Position numbers and translations under genes: made by a program. A DNA stretch of 63,352 bases, the filler included, from Dimargaris cristalligena (taxonomy: Eukaryota): NCBI GenBank assembly GCA_003614675.1. It is 22 parts of 22 records of this genome, joined end to end, with 100 filler letters (N's around TTAATTAATTAA, not from the genome) between each part and the next. Parts side by side here need not be neighbours in the genome. Positions count along the whole stretch, not along the records: positions 11,697 to 14,508 come from ML004109.1; positions 14,609 to 17,417 come from ML004110.1; positions 17,518 to 20,324 come from ML004111.1; positions 20,425 to 23,119 come from ML004112.1; 18 more parts are not named here. One strand, 5' to 3'. Every line of letters begins with the position of its first letter. Positions within the stretch are counted from its first letter, which is position 1. The notes below the pieces were generated by a model that ran no database searches, was not told the origin of the DNA, and was given only the letters and a program-made list of their open reading frames with translations. Below, one piece after another: positions 11,928-22,624 of this stretch.

Positions 11928-12312
11928 AATGTTGAAAGAATTTGCAATGGGATTGTGATTCTAAAATGTTGAAAGAATTCGCAATGGGATTGTGAATGTA
12001 TATGATTGATTGTATAATGTTGAAAGAATTTGCAACGGGATTGTGAATGTATGTGATTGTAAAATGTTGAAAGAATTTGCAACGGGATTGTGAATGTGAT
12101 TGTGATTGTGATTGATTGTTTAATGTTGAAAGAATTTGCAACGGGATCGTGAATGTGATTGTGATTGAGATTGAGATAATGTTGAAAGAATTTGCAATGG
12201 GATTATGATTGTAGAATGTTGAAAGAATTGTGATTTCGATTGAGATTGTTATTGCAAAATGTTGAAATAATGTGCAATGAGATTGTGATTGTAGAAAGTT
12301 GAAATGATTTCG
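11928..12312. repeat. Array of a 31-bp core AATGTTGAAAGAATTTGCAAYGGGATTGTGA with variable low-complexity spacers
   Basis: Near-perfect cores start at 11928, 11965, 12016, 12063, 12122 and 12178; degenerate ones at 12215, 12258 and 12295. Spacers are 6-28 nt, built from GATTGT/GAATGT-like hexamers. Confidence 0.92.
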
Positions 12313-12322
12313 TTGGATGTAA

Positions 12323-12478
12323 GTTTTATCGATAAATATTTGTTTTCCCATGCAATACGGAAACTGACAATCGCACCGAGAAAGTATGCTGGTTAGTATG
12401 TTGGCATTTGCAAAAATGTTTTATCGATAAAATATTTGTTTCCCTATGCAATACGGAAAGGCCGAGAAAGTATACTGC
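12323..12478. repeat. Two ~60-70 bp direct repeats, each opening with palindrome TTTATCGATAAA
   Basis: GTTTTATCGATAAA(A)TATTTGTTT...ATGCAATACGGAAA...CCGAGAAAGTAT occurs at 12323 and 12418. Confidence 0.85.
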
Positions 12479-12662
12479 TTAAATGTTTTTTGTGATAAAA
12501 CGCGTTTGTAAAATAATATCCACAGCTAGCACCTTGAAAAATGTTTATCGTTAGATATCTTTGGTGGAATCGTTCTTAAAAGACAGTCTCATCAAGCGAC
12601 CCCACCATATTTATTCATAACTTCCAAAATCATTCAACGAAAGCTTAAAGATACTTTTCACG

Positions 12663-13157
12663 ATGAATACTGCGCGTACCATTTTCAACAAGATTTGGAA
12701 CAAGACTTTTGGCAAGATGTGGCCGATTAATTTCGGTTCAGGAAAAGAAGATATCGAAAGTCAACTCACTGGATCTAAAGTTACTTTTCAAGACGAAACT
12801 ACTGTGATAAGTTCTCTTTATGACAACGCAAGTGAAGAGCACCTCTATGTTCCTGACACGATCAATTTCGAAAAGCACCTCAAAAAGCCAGTCAAAATTC
12901 AAGAACGCATTATCTGTCAATCCCCAGAAACGTATAACGATGAATCATTGAAAGCGACCGTTGATAAAGTTTTGGACGATCCCCCAAACTTTTCACTCTC
13001 TCCGCCTGCTTTGCCTATTTCTAGTTACATTCCCGAAAACAACTCTGTCAAAAGGACACGTGGTACATCCATGATCGGCATTCCACAGGATGAAAAGATA
13101 TCCCACGCGAGCTCGACCGATTTTATGTCTCATTTTGTAGATTTAGTTAGCAAATAA
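12663..13157 (+). CDS. Hypothetical protein, 164 aa, on the virus-like contig
   Basis: Intact intronless ATG-TAA ORF, co-oriented with its neighbours and followed by a T-rich tract. Confidence 0.7.
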   Translation: MNTARTIFNKIWNKTFGKMWPINFGSGKEDIESQLTGSKVTFQDETTVISSLYDNASEEHLYVPDTINFEKHLKKPVKIQERIICQSPETYNDESLKATVDKVLDDPPNFSLSPPALPISSYIPENNSVKRTRGTSMIGIPQDEKISHASSTDFMSHFVDLVSK

Positions 13158-13289
13158 CGAAGTCTGCATTATGTTTTTTACTTTTTGTATTTTTTGAAAA
13201 AAGTCGAATAAAACACATCCGCGCTTATTGGGAAACATGCACAAAAAAAATGTAGTACAAAGATCATAGAGAAATACAAACACTGTTCA

Positions 13290-13763
13290 ATGCAAAACAT
13301 GTCAAGTAATCAATCAAATTATTCGCGTTCAATGAAACGCCAACCTTTGTTAGCTACGACTTATCTTCCCGAAAGAGCGATCCCGGTTCACAATAACTTC
13401 ACTAGCGATGAGTTTGGCTCTCCGCAAATCGCCGACTATGGGAAACGTAATTTTGACACCGAACAAGCTTTCCGAGATACTGCACCTTCATCACAATCAG
13501 GAGTGAGACAATTTTCCGGTCAACTTCCCTATGCGACCACACCTAGATCTTTTGAGAATCCAATGACAAAAATTATTCCTCAGCCGACAAAAATGGGAAA
13601 GGTTTGCTTTAACGATGCGTTGGACAAAGCTGGTCCATTCTATCTCAGGCAATGGCAAATTTGGGAGAATGCACCGTTTATTCCATCTCTTGGAGATGTC
13701 ACAAAAGACCCACGCTATGCTATTCAAACGAAAGGATTCACAACCGAATATACTAGAATCTGA
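13290..13763 (+). CDS. Hypothetical protein, 157 aa, on the virus-like contig
   Basis: Intact intronless ORF preceded by an A-rich leader and followed by a T-tract. No recognised domain. Confidence 0.7.
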   Translation: MQNMSSNQSNYSRSMKRQPLLATTYLPERAIPVHNNFTSDEFGSPQIADYGKRNFDTEQAFRDTAPSSQSGVRQFSGQLPYATTPRSFENPMTKIIPQPTKMGKVCFNDALDKAGPFYLRQWQIWENAPFIPSLGDVTKDPRYAIQTKGFTTEYTRI

Positions 13764-13801
13764 TTTGTTTTTTTAATTTCCTATAATCGGACGATGTTTT
13801 T

Positions 13802-13923
13802 GAGATTCTCGAACCGTTTATAGATAAAGTTTTTTTCAAATACATTCGAGATACACAGAGATTCTCAAAACCATTTATCGATAAAAAAAAATTTGAAATA
13901 CATTCGGGATTCACAGAGATTCT
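13802..13923. repeat. Tandem duplication of a ~57-bp intergenic unit
   Basis: GAGATTCTC..AACC.TTTAT..GATAAA.....AAATACATTCG.GAT.CACAGAGATTCT occurs twice. The second copy has TTTATCGATAAA at 13874. Confidence 0.75.
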
Positions 13924-14103
13924 GAAAAAAGACCGTTAAACACCCTCTTGTTCATCGGTTTTATCATGTGATTGTTCTAGGTTCTCTGGTTTCTTGGTTG
14001 CACCATATAATGATATTGAGAAAGGTTATCGATAAAACTTTTTATGGAATATAAAAATACATTGTTATTGGCTATGTTTCGCACAATCATTCAACCATTA
14101 CAT

Positions 14104-14508
14104 ATGTCACTGTATGTTCAGAAACTGAACGAGCGTGCGATTATTCCGACCAGACAGTCTGAAAACGCAGCGGGACTGGATCTTCATGCCTTTCTCGATG
14201 CTTCGTCGAAAACATTTGTTATACCACCCCATCATCGGCGTGTTATTCCAACAAAAATTGCAATCGAAATTGAGCCAGGTCATTATGGAAGGGTCGCGCC
14301 TAGAAGTGGATTGTCAATTAAAAATGGCATAGATGTCGCGGCAGGTGTTATCGATAGCGATTATCGTGGAGAAATTGGCATCGTTCTAGTCAACAATGGT
14401 GAAGAACCTTTCCATGTTGAGCACGGAATGCGAGTAGTACAACTGATAATCGAAAAAATTTCTATCCCGATTGTACGAGAAGTCAACAATTTGTCTGATA
14501 CTGTTCTA
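14104..14508 (+). CDS. dut: Trimeric dUTPase, eukaryote/virus type, 3'-truncated by the contig end
   Basis: Motifs AGLDL, GRVAPRSGLS, AGVIDSDYRGEIGIVLVN and GMRVVQLI. Motif V is missing at the contig end. The ATG at 14104 (MSLYVQKL) fits better than the one at 14044. Confidence 0.95.
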
Positions 14509-17500
14509 NNNNNNNNNNNNNNNNNNNNNNNNNNNNNNNNNNNNNNNNNNNNTTAATTAATTAANNNNNNNNNNNNNNNNNNNNNNNNNNNNNNNNNNNN
14601 NNNNNNNNACTCAGCATCCTACCATTCCCTATTTTTCCTTCGCCTATAAAAACCCACAGTTCCACAGAACTGGGGAAAAGAACAAGCCAAGTCCAAGTAA
14701 AGTGTAACGAAGTAAGTTATACTCCAGCCAGCCATTCATAGTTTTATATATATTTCTCATTTCTTATAAACCCCGAATTAGCCAATTTTCCTCACACATT
14801 ATTTTCAATTCTCTTATATTTCACTTAGTCTATTATTTTTATATTGCTCTACTCTTTTCAGTAAATAAATTTGTAAAAAACCACAATGCCTTTCTCACCG
14901 CAAAGCGCCTCTACAACTACATTGCCGATTCCGCTACAACCTGCCAATAACGAGGTCCCTGATAGTGGTTCGAACCTCCCGCCGAGTTTCCCGGCTTTTC
15001 CCCCTCATGACGTAATCCCCGACCTAACCGGTCCACCGGGTCTCGACACTACAATAGTGCCATGAAAAGGTATTACTCTTGAGGAGGTCGTGCATTATTA
15101 TATATAATACAGTATGTTATATATTTGAATATCAGTTCGAACCTTAATCAATACCCAGTAGATCTTGATATGGCAGAGGCTATTTTGAAACCAGTTAATA
15201 TACAAATGATTAATGCTGGCGACTGTATCTATCAACACTTATATATATATATAAGTATATCCCTGGTCAGCCATTTAGGTACAGGTTGGGGAATAGATAA
15301 GAGGTGAAGTGAGTGAAGTGGTAAAAGAACAAGTAATGTATACATGACGGGTAGTGCATTGTTGACAGTACTTGGTTTATTACATTCCTTAATTAGGATG
15401 TACCCCAGTTTTAGCCTGATAAAAAGGTGCCTATTAGGGACCAACTTGTGTGTACTTCACGGGGGTAGAGTCACTGCGTAGCCAATTTCTACTCCCTGAA
15501 TAGCTCAAAAAATTGGCTGCAAAAAGATACCATATACTGTCTATAGGTTGGTGATGTTTTGTAGTTCGCCATACACAATTTTCTTGACTGCCAAAACGAC
15601 GCTCTTACTATTAGTCTAATGTATTTCCACTCTTCTATGCATGGTCATAGTTTGATTTTCCCTCACTCACCAGATTACATAGAATGCCAGCATTTCCGGT
15701 GGTCTAATTGTGACCTGCAGTACTAGTTGAACAGTGGTCCGAAGATGGCTGTCAGGTTTGGGAGGATGGGTTACGTAAAATGCTACCAAGGTATTGTGTC
15801 AGAGGGACTCTAACCTTGGCTGATGCACTTATAAGTTTCCTAGATTAGTAGTTCAAACATCACCATAAAGGTGCATCATTGATTAACTTGGAAAATGAAC
15901 TGATGAGTTCAATATCTACAGGACGGTCACTGAGAAATTGACCTACACATGGGTGTAGAGACGTAGCTATTTTCACATGTTGGTGGGTGACTGGTTAACT
16001 CCATCTACTATCAACTTAGGAATTGTGGTAATTGGGCTCGAAGTGGAAGAAAATGGACATTGAGAGTCACCTGGGAAAACCAGCACATTTAAATTAGGCA
16101 AAATGACCATGTCCCATAGACCAGCTCCCTGTGAGATTATGTCAAACGGTGACAGGGAACCGTGATAGCCATCGCTATGGGATTTGGTGGTAGTAGTAAT
16201 GCCTATCAGCTGCAATAAGTCGCCATTATAGTCAATGCTTGGCAATAGCAATTTATCTGAAATGCGAAATTGTTGGACTTGGTCCGCAACATCTGCATCT
16301 GGTTCAAAAATAGGCCGGAAATGGCATTAGCTGGTGGCTGATGATCAAACACAGGCCAGTGTGGTCTGGTGAATGGGCAAGTCAGATATCCTTTTTGTTT
16401 TTGGGAATGAGTGAGTGTGGATTATGGGCTTAGAAAGAGGGCTGGTGTGAAGCAAAATGAAGCGCAAACTACATCTGCGATTTGTTAGGAGCCCATCAAC
16501 AACCAAGAATTAGATATTGAAAATGTTGAGCACAGGACATAAAAGTATCCACAGAAAAGTGAGGTCGGAGGGGGAGTAGACTAAATCGCCCAATGGGGGT
16601 ATATATGGTAGGTTTGGTATACTATGAGAATAAGTAATAGCCAATATTCGCGGCTTCCCATTGATTATTTGCTAGGCAAGGCACTCCTGTGTCTGAACAA
16701 CCCCAGGTTCGCTAATATTTGGGTTCCACCAATTGTTTTTCCAATTAAGACGTGGCCATTGTGGGGTACTGTGGTTATACTTGAAAAATTGGAGCTGACG
16801 GTGGCTGTGCCGGCCAAATAGGCTAGTGTGGTATACTATATCATTTGATGGAAGCTATAGAGTAACTGCTATCTGAACACTGTGAACGGCACAACTGTGC
16901 ACTCTTAGAAAGGACTGGGTGCTTGTGTAGTTCAATGGCCTGTTTGTAAGGTAATCTAAAGTAGGATATGCGTTGTATAATATTTTCGCTATCTGCGTCT
17001 ATTGGACGATTCGACCCCAAAGTAGCAAACCAATACACAGCTTGGCCTCAGCTTAGATGTATGGCAATACAATCGGTTTTTGGGCAGCATTATGTTGATG
17101 AAGGTAAATCCCTCTGGCTATCCCGTGTACATCCCTTTCGGCACTCCCTAAATTACCATTGAGCTGCACTCGAGTGCTCCTTTTTTTGAGACATTATAAA
17201 TTCTGAAGTTGTGGCAGGTTGTTATTGGAAAAAAGGGCCTTGTTATAAATCAGAAACTTACTATATATCAAATAATAAAAAGTCACACATGATTATTGCA
17301 TTTAAACAGTCACAAGGGTATTATACCATCCATGTATTGTCCTCGTTCCAATAGCCTTACTGTGCTAAGGCAGCCACATGAAAGATGCTGTATTATCGAC
17401 TCTGATGATAATATGGTNNNNNNNNNNNNNNNNNNNNNNNNNNNNNNNNNNNNNNNNNNNNTTAATTAATTAANNNNNNNNNNNNNNNNNNNNNNNNNNN

Positions 17501-17517
17501 NNNNNNNNNNNNNNNNN

Positions 17518-17572
17518 TGCGAAAAATAGATAAAAAATAAAAGTAGGTAAAAAATGTGGTAAGTTCACCACA
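17518..17572 (+). repeat. Dispersed repeat terminus (family C) ending TGTGGTAAGTTCACCACA; also 57752-57802 (+) and 31735-31803 (-)
   Basis: A near-identical ~50-nt AAAAATAGATAAAAAATAAAAGTAGGTAAAAAATGTGGTAAGTTCACCACA lies at three contig edges with different flanks. It is probably an LTR/TE end. Confidence 0.85.
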
Positions 17573-17650
17573 GTAATCAAACACATATCTCGCGATAATT
17601 TAGGAATGTCCTTTATGGACTACCTTTCGATCTCTCCTTGTGCCCAGAAC

Positions 17651-19132
17651 TTCCTTCATAGTCAGCACTTAACCCCAGACTGTGGATGGCCAGCCCTCAT
17701 TTTTTATTTCCTTGAATTCTATGGTGACTTTTTTCTATTGATTTATTATTTATTAACATCACCATTTTTTATTATCTTTCAATAAACTTTGTACTCCTCA
17801 TTTATATCCCCCATCCTCCACTTTGTTTCACTGATCATTTGCCCCTCTACTATCTCACCGTGACAATGTCCAACTCTGCCCCAGTCTCATTCAACTCTGT
17901 GAACCTCCCATCTTCTGCCACCAGGGAGCTGGCCACTGCAATTTTAGGCCATACCAATAAGGAGGCTGCTAGCAATAGGCCGGACATCCCAGGTAGTACA
18001 AAACTATACTTAGTGTAAAAACTGACTGTTAATTAAGAGAATACCCAATAGGTATTTATAAGAAATGGGACATAGCAACCTACTGGTACTATGATAGTAC
18101 TAGATAAAATAGAATAAAGAAGGCTACCAATGCTGGCAACTTTGGAGGTGCTAAGTCTGGGGATATGCCCCAAACTTCTATAACTAAAAGATCCTTAAGC
18201 TGTGAATAATAACTATGAATACTGAATATTGAATATTGAATACTGGAAGAGTAGCCTAGTCATTGCATGGCCTATAAATGGGTAGGAAAAGATGAAGACT
18301 GACCTTTGGTGATGGTCTTCATCTTTTCTAAACTAAAAATAGTTTGGCCAGGATATGCTATTAGAGATTAAGCAGGCCTGGTCACAATACTACATTATAT
18401 TTCATTTCCATTAACCCTGTTTTATATAAATACCCATTGAGTATTCTCTCAATAAAGGCAAACAGTTTTACACTAGTATAATTTAATATTGGTTTTTATT
18501 TGATCCCCCGTATTGTCTTATCCGCATCGTCATTTGGCCTAAGCCCATTCATTATGCACTATCCGCCACGTACTAGAAGGATCCCTGAGTGACCCCCGGT
18601 TGCCTAATTGTCCCTGTCTGAAGATCAGATGAGAATCGCCCCCGCTGAGTGCGCGTTTTTCCATAGTTATCTAGTTTTACCACCGGGCTGTCACTGCTCC
18701 AGCCGGCCCTGATAAAGTTATCAGGTTATATTACCTTGTGGTTTTAATTACGACCACAACAACGGAAACCCCCACCAATAGATTTAGCAAGTTTACATAT
18801 TAATGGAGTCAGAATTGTAAATATAACGATATAGAATATGTGAATAGGGACATGGGAAATGGTAATGGCTGAATGGAGGTGATTCTTGCACTGATTGAAA
18901 TAGGTCAGACTTTTTAATACAAGGAAGAAAGGTGGACTTTTTAATACAAACCATGAGTGTAAAAAATAAATAATATTTTTAGTATTCTTAGTATATGACA
19001 CAGTATAGGTGGTGATTTTTAATGGGAAAATGGTGGGAATGATACCACTGTTGTGTGTTGTGGTATATTCCACCCTCTGATAATGAGGGCTGGCCATCCA
19101 CAGTCTGGGGTTAAGTGCTAACTATGACGGAA
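17651..19132. repeat. Nested inverted repeats: 51-bp pair (17651-17701 / 19082-19132), ~65-bp degenerate pair (18005-18070 / 18415-18480), 14-bp-stem hairpin 18286-18328
   Basis: The outer pair differs at 2 of 51 positions. The hairpin is GAAAAGATGAAGAC-15nt-GTCTTCATCTTTTC. Confidence 0.75.
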
Positions 19133-19475
19133 ATCTGAGTGGGGACTAAGTTAACTAGTAAATACCGAGGAGGGTCATTTATGGAAAAGATATATAAGTT
19201 TAAAATAAGTATTTTATTGAAACATGAAGATCTTTTGAGTATGCGAGTCGCTACTTCTTTTATATCTATATCTCTGGTATCTGGGTAGAGTGACTGCCAT
19301 TCGCTGCTTGTTCGGAGGGGGCCGCTATAGTGAGGGGGTTAGATGAAGCATTCTCATTGGTTGAGATGAGGGGTCGTTCTGACTCGGGGTTGTCCGCCCC
19401 CTCTGAGGGTTGCATAATACTCTCGGGTGATTGCCCGCTTCTAGCCAGTTCGTTTGGGCGGGTTTCTTCTAGTTT

Positions 19476-20222
19476 TCAGCATAGATGAGGGAAGGCCTCT
19501 AGGGTGGGGCTTTCATCTTCTCTCGGTCGCTTAGACGTTACCTCCATTGTAGAGAGGGGGGGTAATTCCGGCGAATCTGAGAGTATAGGTGGGAGTTCCC
19601 TGAGCATGGGTGATTCAACCTCCATTGTGCTGGATGTGGTCCTAGATTCGAGTAGTGAGCTCCCATGCCCATGGTTTGAATAAGTGGTTAAGGGGGGTGT
19701 TGCGTCCCGCTCACTACTATGAACAAGTGGGCTCTCAGTGGGTTGGCTGTATCTGGCTCCCGATTCTTCATTGGCATCATATTGGGGAATGTGGGTAGCT
19801 TCGGGGGTTGTATGGGTGGAGAGTCTAGTGCTTATTGCTACCTCTAATTCTACTCTTTCATAGTAAGGTAGTAGGCGATCACCATGAATGGTTCCAGGTC
19901 GGGGAGCACCATCTAATTCTGCCAACCGATAGACTACCCTGGACCTCTCTATCACTCGAAATGGCCCCATTCTTCGATTAATATGTAGACTTAAGTTAGT
20001 TGGTTTAGGTAGGATTTTCACCATCACCAGGCTCCCTTCCTCATATTTTTGTCGTCTTACATGTTCATTTGCGCACTCCATTGCCTTCCTCCGAGTGTGT
20101 GACTGGTTTTCCGCGGCTTGTGCTATGGCCCATCTTGCTACGCCTCGAATATCTCCTTCGTCCTCTGAGTGCAATACCCATCGATTTTCCTCCTCGATTA
20201 TACCCTCGCCCTGCAATATCAC
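19476..20222 (-). mobile_element. Ty3/Gypsy integrase C-terminal remnant
   Basis: KYEEGSLVMVK...RRMGPFRVIERSRVVYRLAELDG...IHGDRLLPYY matches the GPY/F module of Gypsy integrases. Confidence 0.8.
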
Positions 20223-20425
20223 CCAAGGTGTGAGTCCGGTGTGGCAAGGTGGAGTGTCCCCTTGATTGCCACAGCTACAAATTATTACTATTTGACTATT
20301 ATATTTATATACAAGGTATGAAGCNNNNNNNNNNNNNNNNNNNNNNNNNNNNNNNNNNNNNNNNNNNNTTAATTAATTAANNNNNNNNNNNNNNNNNNNN
20401 NNNNNNNNNNNNNNNNNNNNNNNNC

Positions 20426-22624
20426 ATCAACTGGTACGGTCCTACCGAAGTGGCGTGTGGGTCCCATTGGACTAGACTCCAGACCAACAAGGTAATTATT
20501 CCCATTGGTACTCCGCTACCCAATGCCACTGGCATTATCCTCAATGCCCACCTCCACCCGGTTCCTGTTGGTGCCATAGGCCAGCTCTACCTAGGCGGCC
20601 GCGGCGTAGCCCGCGGTTATCTCAATCGCCCTGACCTTACGCAGGAAAAATTTATTTTGAGTCCGTTTACGGGGGAGCGCATCTACCAGTCGGGTGACCT
20701 GGCCCGCTGGCTACCCAACGGCCAAATCGAGTGCCTCGGCCGGATCGATAACCAGGTGAAGTTGCGGGGGTTCCGTATTGAACTAGGGGAAGTGGAAAGT
20801 GCCCTGGAACGTCACCCCGCCGTGGATCAAGCATGTGTTGTCCGGGATAAGGACCATTTGGTTGGCTACATTGTCCCCCCTTTTGGCCAGACAGCCACCA
20901 TTCTAGATTTTCTGCGTTCTCAGTTACCCCACTACATGATTCCCTCCGTTCTGGTGGAACTGGCCGAATTGCCACTGACCCGGGTGGGTAAGGTTGACCG
21001 CAAGGCCCTGCCTATGTTCGATTTGCCTGTTAATGACCATATCCCAGAAACTGTACAGGCCAGTCCGGTCGAATCCGGGCTTATTAGCCTTATAGCTGAA
21101 ACCCTTCAGATCAATCCAGGTTCTATTTCACCAACGGTCACTTTTTTCCAACTCGGTGGCAATTCCCTGTCGGCCATCCAATTAGTTACCCGCTGTCGTC
21201 GCCAGAACCTTCAGCTGGCCCTAGTGGATATCAACCGGTCCAACACGATTGCCTACCTTGCCAAACTAATTTCGATTGCATCCGATTCCGTCGAAGTGTT
21301 TTCGGGAGATACCCGTGGTACAGCAGACTCGGAGTCCCGAACTGCGCGGCTTACGCCACCTCAGCTGGAATTAATTGCCCTCCAGCTGGCCGACCCTCAC
21401 TTCTTCCCCTTACCCACCATGTATGAATCAAGCGTCCGGTTTACCGCCCATCAGTGGCAAGCCGCCTGGACCAAGGTGGTTCAGCACCACGACATGCTCC
21501 GGGCTCGCTTTCAACCCACAAATAATGGGGAATCGATGATTACATTTGCTGATTTAGATGACCCTTCGTCCACTTATTTTGAATACCACCAAGTGGCTGA
21601 TATCCGCGATGCGCTAGTCCAGCTCAACCACATTAACCACCTGATTAATTTCGAGACTGGGCCAATTTCCCAGGTTCGAGTATTCGATGCCAACGGCATT
21701 CAATACGTCTACATTTCCGTCCACCATATGGTCTTTGATTATATGTCAGTTCAGATTGTTCGAGAGGACCTTTCGGCCTACTTAACCGGGCGGGCTCTAG
21801 ACCCCAAAACCCATTCGCACACGGTGTGGGCTGACTACCTTTGGTCGCTGGCCCAATCCATTGATCCGTGTACTATCGAGTTACCCCCGCCTGCCATTCC
21901 CCTACCTTTAGAGATTGCTGCAAATGGCGCCCCAATTACCAACGAAACCCGGGAATGCGTGGCGAAACTCATCGATCAAAGTGCCGCGCATAACCTCGTG
22001 ACTACCGTGGCCACTAGGCTCAAAGCCACGCCCATCGAACTCATCTTGGCCGCCCTAGTATGCGCCTATGGCAGACAGTTTGGATTATCCCAGATGGACA
22101 TTGCATATCTAGGCCACGGTCGCAAGGATCCCTATGGCCAGTGCGATGTCTCACGAACAGTCGGCTTCTTCGCCAGTCAATTCCCATTGGTTTTCTGCAA
22201 TGCACCTAGTGGCGATTTGGTGGACACGTTATATCAAGTTCAAACAACTCTGAGTACGGGAATGGATAATGGCTTCCTGTATACTGTATTCAAGAATCTA
22301 CATTGCTCTGCCAACGATCAAATTGACCTAAAACAGCAGTTTGACGTGCAAACCCAGTTCGAGTTTACGTATTTAGACGATTTGTCTCTATGTGAGTCGC
22401 CCAACACCAATACACTCCTTGTTGAACGACCCGCAATGCTTAATGATCTACGGACCGCGAAGAGCCAAAACAAATACCCATATTTATTCGACTTCACAGC
22501 TTGGAACACCGCTGGTGGATTGGACATTATAACCAATTTCAATTCAAGGCAGTTTCGGGTGGAGACCATTGGCGGTCTGATGTCGCACTGGAAAAACTGT
22601 CTTCTTGAGTTGTCCCGCGTTTAA
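20426..22624 (+). CDS. NRPS final module, 5'-partial: A(C-term)-T-epimerization-like terminal domain
   Basis: A motifs NWYGPTE, GQLYLGGRGVARGYLNRPDLT, YQSGDL, GRIDNQVKLRGFRIELGEVE and GKVDRKALP. T domain FFQLGGNSL. Then HHMVFD, LGHGRKD and SRTVGFF (E-domain-like), ending at TAA. No introns. Confidence 0.95.
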   Translation: MNWYGPTEVACGSHWTRLQTNKVIIPIGTPLPNATGIILNAHLHPVPVGAIGQLYLGGRGVARGYLNRPDLTQEKFILSPFTGERIYQSGDLARWLPNGQIECLGRIDNQVKLRGFRIELGEVESALERHPAVDQACVVRDKDHLVGYIVPPFGQTATILDFLRSQLPHYMIPSVLVELAELPLTRVGKVDRKALPMFDLPVNDHIPETVQASPVESGLISLIAETLQINPGSISPTVTFFQLGGNSLSAIQLVTRCRRQNLQLALVDINRSNTIAYLAKLISIASDSVEVFSGDTRGTADSESRTARLTPPQLELIALQLADPHFFPLPTMYESSVRFTAHQWQAAWTKVVQHHDMLRARFQPTNNGESMITFADLDDPSSTYFEYHQVADIRDALVQLNHINHLINFETGPISQVRVFDANGIQYVYISVHHMVFDYMSVQIVREDLSAYLTGRALDPKTHSHTVWADYLWSLAQSIDPCTIELPPPAIPLPLEIAANGAPITNETRECVAKLIDQSAAHNLVTTVATRLKATPIELILAALVCAYGRQFGLSQMDIAYLGHGRKDPYGQCDVSRTVGFFASQFPLVFCNAPSGDLVDTLYQVQTTLSTGMDNGFLYTVFKNLHCSANDQIDLKQQFDVQTQFEFTYLDDLSLCESPNTNTLLVERPAMLNDLRTAKSQNKYPYLFDFTAWNTAGGLDIITNFNSRQFRVETIGGLMSHWKNCLLELSRV

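Noticed and set aside
11928-12312. CRISPR array (31-bp repeat containing GTTGAAAG)
   Set aside because: The spacers are 6-28 nt, uneven and built from the same hexamer rather than unique sequence. There are no cas genes, and the context is eukaryotic or viral.
11855-12351. Minus-strand ORFs (75 and 149 aa) across the repeat array
   Set aside because: The unit spacing is mostly not a multiple of three, so the same core is read in shifting frames. They are open only because of strand skew.
17651-17701. HDV-like or hammerhead ribozyme in the conserved 51-nt motif
   Set aside because: I could not build the required pairings or find an intact CUGANGA/GAAA core by eye. An Infernal or RNAmotif scan would be needed.
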